64,000 nucleotides of DNA from Convolutriloba macropyga (Eukaryota): NCBI RefSeq assembly GCF_964194025.1, contig NC_134476.1:61752001-61816000 (forward strand), read 5' to 3'. The notes under the pieces were generated by a model. That model was not told where the DNA came from. It ran no database searches and worked only from the letters and a program-made list of their open reading frames with translations. Positions 13,405 through 26,440 of this stretch are shown piece by piece. Both the position numbers and the translations under genes were made by a program. Numbering within the stretch: the first letter of the stretch is position 1; every line of letters starts with the position of its first letter.

Positions 13405-13829
13405 CTGCAAAACAAAATTGGGCTATACCAGAGAAATAATATATACCACATTCAATGTTACAATTAGCGTTAATGAAAAATTTTCAACCATCGAGGAATC
13501 ATCAACACAATTTACCGGCAATACTGGTAATGTACATCAAATTTTGATGTCATCTAGAAGTCTTATGTTACAGCAGGGTACATCCACCAACACATTAGCA
13601 TGTCCGTCATAAAAAAGGCCACACACGTTGTTCTGTATAGCTTTAACCCTCCCAATTTAATCGTCACAAAAAACTTTTCCAATCTTCAAGCCAAACTTTT
13701 CTTCTTTCGGATTTCCCGCAATCTAGATTTAATGTTATGAAATATCGCATTTTCGAATTTTTTAGCAATTCATTTCTATCTGTGTTGATTTGTGAGGCAA
13801 CTACCCCAAAAACTCCATTTAAAAATTGG

Positions 13830-16800
13830 CAAAAATTACTAATCACATCCTCGGAACTGTCTGGCTCAAAAACTAAACCAAAGCACGAAAAGGTTGAAAC
13901 CAAGACAACAAAAAAAATCTTATGAAAAGGCTAAAATAAAATGTAAAAATTTTTCCGTAGCAATTTAACATATCATTTTTAACTTAACAAACAGTTTCGA
14001 CTTTGGGATGGGACACCCAGCTGAGCCCATAACACAAACTATACCAGCTTGGGAACCATCTGTGTGCGCACACAATCTTAATTTACAATCGCTTGTCAAG
14101 TCAATCCAGAACTGGTCAAGCGATATTTTTCAAGAAAATGGTCAAGCGATATTTTTGCATAACAAACACTCACAAGTCTACAACAAATTTTCAGCCCTTT
14201 TATCCAGAGTAATTAAAAACTATCTATAAGAAAAGAAAAACTTCGAAACTAGAAAACTGAAAGATGTCCAAAAAAACTGAAAAAAAAACTGAGGTCAAAA
14301 CTCCATTTCTTAAAAAATTCTTCAAAAATTAATCCAACCTCTGTCCAATTGGTCCAATGAAGCATGTCGAACAGTTTACGCTGAAAACAAAAACTTCAGG
14401 CACAAAATACTCGCAACAGGCATCAAAAACTCGCAACATAGCCTGCAGACTGCCGGAAAAGAGCCGCTTGTGGCCCTCCATGGAATTGAAACAACCAAAG
14501 AAAGAAGATAGACAGATTGACCAACAGTCCTTTAATATATCACTAGACTTTCTGGGTCAGATTCGGATTGTCATTTTAATGAGACACATACGCTCTATAA
14601 GGAAAAAGCCCTATTAGAGCTTTTTCAAAATAAATATTCGAAATCAAAAACTCAAGACTCTAATACTCACGAATTAGGGTATATACGTGTGACACTACTT
14701 AGATGTGCACTATTGATCTTTAACTCGTAAATTTTCATACAAATTAAAGTTCATTAAAAGAGTTCAGAAGTCATTTTTTAGTGAGGTAAATCACGCAAAT
14801 GACATAAAAGCAGAACAAATGACTTCAAGCGCACAAATTATAGCTGCAAAGCAGAAGTCACTAAAATAGAAAAAGTCAAGGGTCGCAAGAATCATCGACG
14901 GATACGTTGAATTAAAAAAGACCACGATGTCCCCAATAATAGCTGCCATTGCTTCGCGGCTATTAAAATTCAAAAGGCAAAATTTCAGGTAAAAGAGGTC
15001 ACATCAACTATAATCTCACCTTTGTAAAAAATAGACCACGTATGTCCAAAATATTAATTGATTGGACCGATATTCTAACAGAAAGACAACTCAATCTGCA
15101 CGCGGGTCAAAAACGTTAAAAAACTCCAAAACGTAGAGTAACGCGTTGATTTTTTAAATCTAATTCTCTAGCTCTCGCGCGAAGAAAAGCCTCAACAAGA
15201 TTTAGTAGCCTGTTCTCTGACTTTATTTTCTTTTGGTTGACCTAAAAACTTGCCTTCACGTGCGGCATTGACTTTTGCATCCTGTTTAAATAAAATTCTA
15301 CCAATCATCGAACCTAGCCGGAACAATCCGGAAAGTAGTCGACTTGGCCACATACTACAAATAAAACAACCGCTAAAACAAAACCGAAAAAATCTGCAAA
15401 AACTACAATTCACATCCTCGCAATTTTTTGGCTCAAAAATTAAATCAAAGCACGAAAAGGTTGAAACCAAGACAACAAAAAAAATCTTACGAGAAAAGGC
15501 TGAAAAAAAAATTAAGTGAAAATTTTTCCGTAGCAATTTTAATATATCATTTTTAACTTAACAAACAGTTTCTACTTTGGGATAGTGTCTCCATACACCC
15601 AGCCGAGCCATAACACAAACTATACCAGCGAACCATCTGTGTGCACAAACAAAATCTTAATTTACAATCGCTTGTCAAGTCAATCCAGATTAAAACTGTC
15701 AAGCGATATTTTGCCTAACAAAACCCACAAGTCTACAACAAATTTTCAGCCCTTTTATCCAGAGTAAATAAAATTATCTATAAAGAAAGAAAACCTTCAA
15801 AACTAGCGAACTAAAAGACGACAAAAATTTTTAAAAAAAACCGAGGTGAAAACTCCGTCGTTAATTCTTACAAAACATTCCAAAAAAATTAATTCATTCT
15901 GTGTCCAATTGGTCCCATAAAACATGTTGGACACTTAACGCAAAACAAAAACTTAAGACGCAAGATACTCTCCAAATTTATCAAAAACTCGCAACTAAGC
16001 CAGCAGATTGACGGAAAATAGCCGCGATAGTCACTTGAGCCCTTCCATCGAATTGCAACAACTAAAGACATTAGATAAACAGACTGACCACCAGTCCTTC
16101 AATAGACCACTGGACTTTTTGTGTTAGATTCGGATTGTCATTTTTATGAGACATATACGCTCTATAAGGAAAACGCCCTAATAGAGCTTTTTCAAAACTA
16201 AAACTCGAAATCAAAAACTCAAGACACTTATACTCAAGAATTAGGGATACGTTTCGCACTACTTAGATGCGCACTATTGATCTTTAACTAGTAAATTTTC
16301 AAAAAAATTAAAGTTCATTAAGTGAGTTCAGACGTCATTTTTTAGCGAGGTAAATCACGGAAATGACATAAAAGCAGAACAAATGAATTCAAGCGCACAA
16401 ATTTAAGCTGCGAAGCAGAAGTCACTGAAATAGAAAAAGTCAATGGTCGCAAGAATCATCGACCAAGACGTTGAATTAAAAAAGACCACGATGTCCCCAA
16501 TAATAGCTGCCATTGCTTCGCGGCTAATAAAATTCAAAAGGCAAAAATTCAGGTAAAAGAGGTCACATCAACTATAACCTCACCTTTGTAAAAATTAGAC
16601 CTCGTATGTCCAAAATTTTAATTGATTGGACCGATATTCTAACAGAAAGACAACTCAATCTGCACGCGGGTCAAAAACGTTAAAAACTCCAAAACGTAGA
16701 GTAACGCGTTGGTTTTTTAAATCTACTTCTCTAGCTCTCGCGCGAAGAAAAGCCTCAACAAGATTTAGTAGCCTGTTCTCTGACTTTATTTTCATTTGGT

Positions 16801-18605
16801 TGACCTAAACACTTGCCTTCACGTGCGGAATTGACTTTTGCATCCTGTTTAAGTAAAATTTTACCAATCATCGAACCTAGCCGGAACAATCCGGAAAGTA
16901 GTCGACTTGGCCACATACTACAAATAAAAAACAACCGCTGAAACAAAACCGAAAAAATCTGCAAAAAATACAATTCACATCCTCGGAATTTTTTGGCTCA
17001 AAAATTAAATCAAAGCACGAAAAGGTTGAAACCAAGACAACAAAAAAAATCTTACGAAAGGCTGAAATAAAATTTAGTGAAAATTTTTCCGTAGCAATTT
17101 TAATATATCATTTTTAACTTAACAAACAGTTTCTACTTTGGGATAGTGTCTCCATACACCCAGCTGAGCCATAGCACAAACTATACCAGCGAACCATCTG
17201 TGTGCACAAACAAAATCTTAATTTACAATCGCTTGTCAAGTCAATCCAGAACAAAACTGTCAAGCGATATTTTGCCTAACAAAACCCACAAGTCTACAAC
17301 AAATTTTCAGCCCTTTAATCCAGAGTAAATAAAATTATCTATAAAGAAAGAAAACCTTCAAAACTCGCGAACTAAAAGACGACAAAAATTTTAAAAAAAA
17401 ACCGAGGTGAAAACTCCGTCCTTAACTCTTACAAAACATTCCAAAAAAATTAATTCATTCTGATAAGACGACAAAAATTTTTTAAAAAAACCGAGGTCAA
17501 AACTCCGTCGTTAATTCTTACAAAACATTCCATAAAAAATTAATTCATTCTGTTCCAATTCGTCCCATAAAACATGTTGAACACTTAACGCAAAACAAAA
17601 ACTGAAGACGCAAGATACTCTCCAAATTTATCAAAAACTCGCAACAAAGCCAGCAGATTGCCGGAAAATAGCCGCGATAGTCGCTTGAGCCCTTCCATCG
17701 AATTGCAACAACTAAAGACATTAGATAAACAGACTGACCACCAGTCCTTCAATAGACCACTGGACTTTTTGTGTTAGATTCGGACTGTCATTTTTATGAG
17801 ACATATACGCTCTATAAGGAAAACGCCCTAATAGAGCTTTTTCAAAAACTAAAACTCGAAATCAAAAACTCAAGACACTTATACTCAAGAATTAGGGATA
17901 CGTTTCGCACTACTTAGATGCGCACTATTGATCTTTAACTAGTAAATTTTCAAAAAAATTAAAGTTCATTAAGTGAGTTCAGACGTCATTTTTTAGCGAG
18001 GTAAATCACGGAAATGACATAAAAGCAGAACAAATGACTTCAAGCGCACAAATTTAAGCTGCGAAGCAGAAGCCACTGAAATAGAAAAAGTCAATGGTCG
18101 CAAGAATCATCGACCAAGACGTTGAATTAAAAAAGACCACCATGTCCCCAATAGTAGCTGCCATCGCTTCGCGGCTAATAAAATTCAAAAGAGGCAACAT
18201 TTCAGGTAAAAGAGGTCACATCAACTATAATCTCCCCTTTGTAAAAAATAGACCTCGTATGTCCAAAATTTTATTTGATTGGACCGATATTCTAACATAA
18301 AGACAACTCAAAATGCACGCGGGTCAAAAACGTTGTAAAACTCCAAAACGTAGAGTAACGCGTTAGTTTTTAAATCAACTTCTCTAGCTCTTGCGCCAAG
18401 AAAAGCCTCAACCAGATTTAGTAGCCTTTTCTCTGACTTTATTTTCATCTGGTTGACCTAAACACTTGCCTTCACGTGCGGCATTGACTTTTGCATCCTG
18501 TTTAAATGACAATTACCAATCAACGAACATAGCCGGAACACTCCGGAAAGTAGTCGACTTGGCCAAATACTACAAATAAAAAAAACAACCGCTAAACAAA
18601 ACAAA
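13830..18605. repeat. Three-unit tandem array (~1.56-1.65 kb unit), each unit with a ~530-bp family-A HINE
   Basis: gcttcgcggct at ~14951, ~16515, ~18166; third unit has an internal ~85-bp duplication near 17375-17550. Confidence 0.92.
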
Positions 18606-21600
18606 ACCGAATTAATAGCTAGACCTAGAATCATATATAAGGGCAAGAAAACAATGAACAAAAGAAATTCCTTTTACAATTGCTCCCAAACTTTTCTAAA
18701 ATGTAGCGCTAAGCACCACTACTGTCAACTGAACTCTTAATACCCTGATTTCTTTAATTACCAATAATACGGAACGAAAAATCAATAACAAGAAAAGACT
18801 AAAGAACGCAAAAAAAGTCATTAAAAATAGGAACTTTAAGGACAATAAAGTACCCTTTAAACTATCAGTAAAGACTAAGAAGCCCGTAGGCATAAATATT
18901 AGCCTGAGAGTATCGACAAATTCCTGATAGAAAGAATAGACAGATCATATCACAAAATTAGTCCAAAACTTGATCAAGTTCAACAAAAAGAAAAACAATT
19001 TAAAACTTACAAATCAACTCAAAAGATCCGATTTTGATTGAAAGGGACAAATTGCAAGCTAAACTTCCCTTTGGCCCAAAATACTGACATAAATCTTCAG
19101 AAAAACTTCTAAAAGAACAAACTTTCAAATAAAACAGCTTCTAAATGGATCTGAAAGTTTTAAAAAAATGTTCAAGACGCACAGAAACAAAGTAATGCTA
19201 AAAAAACCAATTTTACCAAAAGGTTCTCCTAAAAACTAAAAACTGCTCCAAAATCTCTGACTATGAACATGAAATTTTTGATTTGACAGAAACTTTCTCA
19301 CCCTTAATTGCGCTCTCGCTCGAAAAGCGGTTTGGACAATATAATCTCTTCTTTAAAAAACATCTTAGAAGTTATTCACTTTTCTAACTTCTAGTTTCGA
19401 TGTTCGCGCCAATTTGATCTTGAAAATGGCTAGTACCTAATACAGAAAATCAGCTTACTTCCAATAAAGATGCAGTACCCTAAATTGAGTTCAAAAATTA
19501 ATTATTTATTCAAAAAAAGTACACAAACAGATAAATTTTCTCTCATGCAGTTACGAATAACAATTCTTTACACATTACCGGCTAGAAAAAATACGCTCGG
19601 AAACTTTCTTAAAAAACCGCTAACAAAATTGCCAAAAATAATTAAACTTTTCCCAATATCAAAAAAAATTAAACAGGAACATAGGAGAAAGTTTTTTGTG
19701 ACCACCCCAAGTCTTGTGTTTGAATATAAAAAATTGCTGCTACAACATATACAAGACAATGAATATCTCATATATCAAAATAATTGTCCTTGCTCAGCTT
19801 TCAGCGAATTCTTTTGACTTTTCCGTGAATCAACTGATTTTTTTGCGCAGAGAAATGCAAAGAAAAAAATCCAAAATGCCCGAATGGCTTAATAGCCGTT
19901 TGAAGAATTTACGAAGCAAGCCAAACGAGGCACACTCCAAATGGATAAGAGAAACAAAACAAGAAATTACTTGAGTAGTTGAGAAATCGAAGACAATTGC
20001 TTGAGCGGGAAATAAAAATGGCAAAAAAGTCCAATCTGAATAAACTAATTTTTGTTTAGGAAATTCTCGACAGACTCTCAAAATTCTCAATAAGTTGAAA
20101 GGCAAAGCTTCAAATTCAATTAAAATACCGCTTCTGAGCTCATGTTTCAACGACAAAAATGAACCAACAGAAGAAGGTAGTGCAATTCTTTTCAATAATT
20201 TCTTCGCTACTATTGGATATAACATACGTAAACACCTTAAAAAAAGCCTTTGACTCCAAATTTTTTAATCTGAAGAAACCTTTATGTTTTTTTCCACCAG
20301 ACAACTAGAATCGAAGTGATAGAATTGTAGCGCAGCTGAACAACAAATATTTGTCAGGCGATGATCAAAAAAATAATAATCTTATTAAAACTTCGGTGGA
20401 AATGGTAAGACAAAACTTAGTCTTCTAGATTAATTTTTCTTTACAGAGGTGAATTTTCCCAAAGGAATTAGCAAACGCAAAAGTTTTCCCCCTACATAAA
20501 GGAGATTGCAAACTAGAAGAAAACAACTATCGACAAATTTTACTTTTAAATACCTGGAGTAAAGATTATGAGCCTGTTGTTTTTAATCAGATTTACTATT
20601 ACTTCGAATCACGACAACTCTTTTACTGCAAACAAACTGGCTTTAGGTCTAAACAGAAGAGTAGCTATGGCGATCTTTTGTTTTTTGGGATTCGAAGAGT
20701 CCTTTCGGTTGACTCGAAGAGACGTTTTTGGTGTTTTTATTTTTACGACTCGAAGAGGCGTTATGCTTTTCTAGTTTTTGGGACCCCGAGAGCTGTCATG
20801 GTTTTTTGTTTCTTTGCCCAGCAAGGCTAGATTATGGACTACTGGTTGTTCAACCGGCAAAATTGATAGCAAAAGTCAAATGGAAAATGTGGGGGTTTTA
20901 CTGCTATATTTGCTGCTTGTTCAACAGGTAAAATTGATTGTAACTTTACTCACTGGCACCGTCAGCTAGAGTTCACTTATGTAAATTGAAAGTATTGCTT
21001 GAAATGAGAATTGAAGAGGGGCGCAAATCGATCTCAGGCTAATTAAGTTGGAAATTGATTGTAGTTTAATTAATATCAAATAGTTTAATGTTGAAGAAAA
21101 AAAGAATTAATTTCGTTATTGTAATACAAGTCAACAATAAGAGGAGAGATAAAGAGATCATGCGGATCTGCTATTTCAATCTGTCACTAACTACAAATTA
21201 ACATAGTCATTTAACAAGTAGGATGTATTAAATACCTATTAGCATCGTTTAAATTGAGTACATCTCGAACTAGCAAACAATTGGAGTAGTTTTCAAGATA
21301 TGTATATCTAAAGAAATTAATGGGAAGTCCAGCGAGAAAAGAAATTTGTTACTATAAGAGATGATCCACAGATTGACTAGTCATCATACTGCAGTCGAAA
21401 TAATTTTTTGATTTTCAAATAATCAAGATGGTTGATTTTTATTCGAATATGAACCTTGTTAGTTCATAATTATTGACTGAATAGGAGTTGTTTTACTTGA
21501 TGGCAAAAATTGGATCATTTCTTTCCAGAAGACGCGTTGTTGATGCGTTGTTTGAATTTTGAGAAAGTGAGAATGGGACAGAGCTCCTCAAACGTTTTTT

Positions 21601-21722
21601 TTTCACAACTAAAGAAAGCTTTTGACAATTAACCGCGGTATCTTACTTCATAATTTTGAGAGATACGGACTAAGAGGTAATTGTTTGGGTTGGTTAAAAT
21701 CATATTTCGAAAAAAATATATC

Positions 21723-22113
21723 AAACATAAACCGAAAAATGTCGGAACAATTGCTCTTGAACGACAGGCGAGGCAATTAAATTCAGTGGCTGTAGCCTAG
21801 ATCAATTTTTCTTTATGGGTGCAAAAACTTCTCCCCAGCCGGGATTCGAACCACTGACCTCCCGATCCACAGCCACGAACACCAACCACTGCGCTACAGA
21901 TCACACAACTCTCCTATTCTGCAACCGATTTTATATTAGCTTTACTTCAGAGCAATAGAGATCACTCAAAAATGAAGAACGAAAGCGTGAAAAAGTCACT
22001 TAAGTCAAAGAATGTTCTAGAAGAAAAGCGCAAAATTGTCAAGCGAAAAAAATGCATAAAAAAGACACACACGTTTACAATAATTGCTAAGAACTTTGTT
22101 CAAGAGCAATTAA
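21723..22113 (-). mobile_element. HINE family B copy with internal tRNA-derived A/B-box cassette
   Basis: Hairpin CCGA..TCGG, ATIR AATTGCTCTTGAACGA / TTGTTCAAGAGCAATT; splits the LINE RT at an A-run. Confidence 0.8.
21831..21902 (-). pseudogene. tRNA-derived sequence (Pol III A and B boxes) inside HINE
   Basis: TAGCGCAGTGG...GGTTCGAATCC followed by TTTTT; acceptor stem does not pair. Confidence 0.7.
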
Positions 22114-24484
22114 AAAGTTGAAGTAAATGGAGTATCAGAAACTTGGGAGAGATATTAACCCAGAAGCTCCTCATGGATCAAATTTAGGACCGTTGTTATT
22201 TCTCATTTATGACATGCCAAACGCCTATAATAGTGTTAATCAGGTCTTGAAGCAATCAACAATTAGCTCGAAAGGAACAAAATAGTACTAAACCAAGAAA
22301 AAACAGTTCAGATGAATCTGAATTCACTACACGCAGAAACAAAACTTTACCTGAACTCTGATAATATACCCGTGAAACCAGTGTGCAAATACTTAGGAAT
22401 AAACTTAGATTAAAAAACTGATTTCAGTCACGTATTCACTATGTGACAGAAAGACTCAGTAAGCAATATGGGATCGTTTCAGTTAGCAACGTGGTATGTA
22501 AGCTAAGACACTATATACAACAGAAAGCTGTTAGAATATAATATTACTAATGTTGCTTCTATTTTGCAGTATGGTGCTTAAGTTTAATGCTGCTGCAGCT
22601 ACTCGTCTCTAAACCTATCTCCCTGTTACAAAAAAGATAATTAAGCTTATTCACTTCAGAAACAAAAGCGAACACTGCGACGACACTAAACGAAAGATCG
22701 ATAAAATTCAATTCGGTTTCGAGGTGCTAAACTTTATAACAGACTGATTAAAATTGGAGTTATTTCATTATACTTCGATTTGTCTTCTGGAAAGAAATGA
22801 TCCAATTTTTGCCATCAAGTAAAACAACTCCTATTCAGTCAATAATTATGAACTAACAAGGTTCATATTCGAATAAAAATCAACCTTCTTGATTATTTGA
22901 AAATCAAAAAATTATTTCGACTGCAGTATGATGACTAGTCAATCTGTGGATCATCTCTTATAGTAACAAATTTCTTTTCTCGCTGGACTTCCCATTAATT
23001 TCTTTAGATATACATATCTTGAAAACTACTCCAATTGTTTGCTAGTTCGAGATGTACTCAATTTAAACGATGCTAATAGGTATTTAATACATCCTACTTG
23101 TTAAATGACTATGTTAATTTGTAGTTAGTGACAGATTGAAATAGCAGATCCGCATGATCTCTTTATCTCTCCTCTTATTGTTGACTTGTATTACAATAAC
23201 GAAATTAATTCTTTTTTTCAACATTAAACTATTTGATATTAATTAAACTACAATCAATTTCCAACTTAATTAGCCTGAGATCGATTTGCGCCCCTCTTCA
23301 ATTCTCATTTCAAGCAATACTTTCAATTTACATAAGTGAACTCTAGCTTACGGTGCCAGTGAGTAAAGTTACAATCAATTTTACCTGTTGAACAAGCAGC
23401 AAATTTAGCAGTAAAACCCCCACATTTTCTATTTGACTTTTGCTATCAATTTTGCCGGTTGAACAACCAGTAGTCCATAATCTAGCCTTGCTGGGCAAAG
23501 AAACAAAAAACCATGACAGCTCTCGGGGTCCCAAAAACTAGAAAAGCATAACGCCTCTTCGAGTCGTAAAAATAAAAACACCAAAAACGTCTCTTCGAGT
23601 CAACTGAAAGGACTCTTCGAATCCCAAAAAAGATCACCATAGCTACTCTTCTGTTCCTAAAAATAGACCTCTGCAGAAGAATCGATCAAGTCGGCTTATA
23701 AAGGTCCTTTTTCTCACAAAATAGGACATAGCTAAAAAAAACTCAGACCTTTCTTATCAATTGTCGTCTTCGAGTTGAAAAAGTTGCTTTTAAAAGGAAA
23801 GTGTAAAGATAACCCATTTAAGCCGGCCGATACGTTCTCAATCGAATCGTTCAGTACAATAAACGCTATCAAATTCACGTTCTCGAAACGTGATAAAAAA
23901 CCAGTTCATACATCAGACAAAGTCTCAAAATGTTACGACAAACATTGTCCGGAACGAAAGACAAGGCTTGAACATTGCACCAGTCTTTGATTGAGTACAA
24001 TAACAGTTTTTACTTTAGATAACCCTGACCAGCTGCTGATTGAAAAATTAACAACAAAAACTAAACTGAACTTGGACCGAATGTTATTAGGGCAAGTGTT
24101 CGGCTACGTAACCATTTCTAGTGTTAACCAGCACAATGATTTTAACCTACGGAAAGCCTAAATGCAGTCGATTGAGATACAGAATGGGAGGGATTCAACT
24201 TCCACCAAGAAAAAAGGCAAGAGTCAAAAAGTTCAGTTCTGACTGCAAACAATAACACGCAAAGTTGATTATATTTTTCTCACGGCGACTTTAAGCTAAT
24301 CTTCGCGTACGTAAGCTACATAATTTAATTCGGCCAACAATATTGAATGTCTGTAATCGTTTGCCTGTTTCCACTTCGATTTGATAAGACCTTTAAATTT
24401 TACATTGATTTGACTATTTCAACGTAACCTTAAACACACTGTGTTCAATTATCAGGTTGGGCAGTATCTCTTACTCTGCGTTAC

Positions 24485-24596
24485 CTTATAGTCGCCGTCT
24501 CTCGTGAGGTCAGCCAGAGCAATACAAGATGAGAATGTGTGGATTTGTGCCACTGGGTCGTTGAATGCAGTGAGGAACTTTGCATTGGTTTCCCTC
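24485..24596 (-). CDS. BBS1: BBS1 exon 2
   Basis: cacag|G AGG...TAT AAG|gtaacg; ETNAKFLTAFNDPVAQIHTFSSCIALADLTRDGDYK matches BBS1 [36 protein letters not shown]. Confidence 0.93.
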
Positions 24597-24667
24597 CTGT
24601 GAACAAAACAACCAATCATCAGGTAGAAAGAGTATTCGCTCCTGTCGAGCTCGGAATAAAGGTAACA

Positions 24668-25082
24668 AAACATAAAGACTAACATCAGAAAAATTGCTCT
24701 CGAATGACCGGCGGGACAATTATTTAATTCAGGGGCTGTAGCCAGATTAATATTTCTTTATGGGTGCCAAAACATCAGCCAAAGGTAGGGTTCGCACCCC
24801 ACCCTCCTGCGTCCGATTGCGTAACCTCAACTGAGGTATTAACCACTCGTCTTTCAGGGCCTTGTAATCCTCTCTCTAACAATCGGTTTTGTTTGAACAA
24901 GGGACTTTTTTTCGGAGTGAGAGCAATTGAAATCACTCAAAAATCACGAAGTGCATGAAAAAGTCACTTCAGAAGTCAAAGATTATTCTAGAAGAAAAGC
25001 GCAATTGTGGTCGAGCCAAAAATCCTATAACAAAAGACACACACGTGTTTACAATAATTGCTTCTCATTCGAGAGCAATTAA
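24668..25082 (-). mobile_element. HINE family B copy with tRNA-like cassette
   Basis: Perfect 16-bp ATIR AATTGCTCTCGAATGA (24692) / TCATTCGAGAGCAATT (25065); body similar to 21723-22113. Confidence 0.8.
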
Positions 25083-25199
25083 ACACTCTTAGTAATCTTA
25101 ATTCAAAACGAGCAATTTAATAAGCAATTCAAGCGAATCAAGTCTTTCACATCACTTTTTCGATTCTGGCGTTTTGTCCACCTTTCAGTATTACTCTGA

Positions 25200-25790
25200 A
25201 AAGTTGAAAGTAAGGAAAAGCAAAGCAAAGCATGAGATGTTTGTTTTAAATGAGCCGTCTGGAGAAATTAGTTGGTATTTTAAGGCCCAAAAATTATAGC
25301 AACAACAACTGCTGAAGCAGAGTTTGTCTGTTGTTGAGGCAAGCAAAGAAACTATTCACCTAAGTGGAATTCTGGAGGACTTAGGAATTACCCGTAAGTT
25401 ACCCAGGAAAATTTTTTGGGGATAATCAAGTTTGTATTCCTCTAAGCACGCGTTCTATACATCATGGAAAAACTACACACTTAACAATAAAACTGCACTT
25501 GGTGCAAATACTGGTAGAAAACCAGAAACTTGAACTGTTTTACTTGACAACAGAAAGTTCTGACTAAATCGATTGAAATAAAACAAACATATTTTGAAAC
25601 ATTTCTCCTTTTTGAAACCTAGCTCGAACGGAGGGATTTCAGCATGACTCGCAAAAGTTAAAAGCGAGAATTAAGAAAACAAAGCATAAACTTTGAGCTA
25701 ACTTCACATATCCAGATCAGACTGGGCGGGTAATCTATACTATTTATATAAGCTCTTACTGCATATGTTTGCCAACCATAATCGAACAAC
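25200..25790 (+). mobile_element. Ty1/Copia RNase H remnant, possibly with purine tract and 3' LTR
   Basis: Frameshifted ISW..KAQK.IATTTAEAEF..VEASKE..LSGILEDLG..DNQ..HHGKTTH..KLHLV..LFYLTTE..LTKS; GGAGGGA at ~25630. Confidence 0.8.
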
Positions 25791-26285
25791 ACTGAATTGA
25801 ATATTCAACTGGTGCGTACTTCTGCCTGCCCCTCTAACCCTGTCAATATGATTATTGATCAATTCAAAGCCGCTCACCATTTTATACTGATAAGTTTAAA
25901 AACCAACATTTTTCATCCTAAAACCGTCTTAATTAATAGGTTTCTTAATTAGGTTTAGTTAAAATTATGTCAAACAAACTTTTTGCGAGCATTCTACGTA
26001 TATGAGAACTAATAGCGCTTGTTGTTTTTTTGTTTCACTGATGGCAGATCAAGGATACGTTAGCTATATTCTACCAATTTGCCCGGTTCAATACCTTCTG
26101 AACAAGCAGATTACATTGCGTAATCAGTTCCAACAAAACGGTCAAATCTATGTCGTATTAAATACCAAATCCTTACAAAATAACTGCAATGACTTCCAGA
26201 ATCATTGCGTCTCTGCTATAGTGAAATAATCTGGTCTCTGAAGCTACTATCATCTGATGAAGGTAGTAAAAAGCATTTAACTTAC

Positions 26286-26440
26286 TTTAGCTTGTCCTCT
26301 TTCTCACTCAGTATCTTTGCACTGTCCAACACTTGCTGACTGTTGCTAGCTCCACTCCCCCCTCCACCAGATACGGTCACCGGAGACTGGGTACCCTTCA
26401 TACTTGAATTGGAAACAGGTGCCGTTCCAGATGCAGCCAT
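26286..26440 (-). CDS. BBS1: BBS1 exon 1 (Ser/Gly-rich N-terminus)
   Basis: ATG GCT GCA...CTA AA|gtaagt; phase 2 joins exon 2 in frame (..EDKLK RETNAK); alternative in-frame ATG at 26446. Confidence 0.72.

Larger units (their letters stand above)
19440..22690 (+). mobile_element. Decayed CR1/L2-type LINE reverse transcriptase, interrupted by an inverted duplicate and a HINE
   Basis: Frameshifted motifs AKVFPLHKGD..NNYR (~20476-20533), GFRSK (~20639), KKAFD (~21613), LRGNCLGWLKSYF, PHGSNLGPLLFLIY (~22169), KYLGI (~22387). Confidence 0.88.
20652..23655. repeat. ~880-bp inverted repeat (arms 20652-21533 and 22782-23655, 1.25-kb spacer)
   Basis: ORF 20778-20969(+) mirrors 23343-23534(-); arms near-identical with a few substitutions/indels. 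Confidence 0.95.

Noticed and set aside
21831-21902. Functional tRNA-His(GTG) gene
   Set aside because: Acceptor and anticodon stems do not pair; it lies inside a repeat whose other copies differ at the anticodon position
20652-23655. Large TIR DNA transposon
   Set aside because: The spacer is the collinear continuation of the LINE outside the left arm; no transposase or TSD
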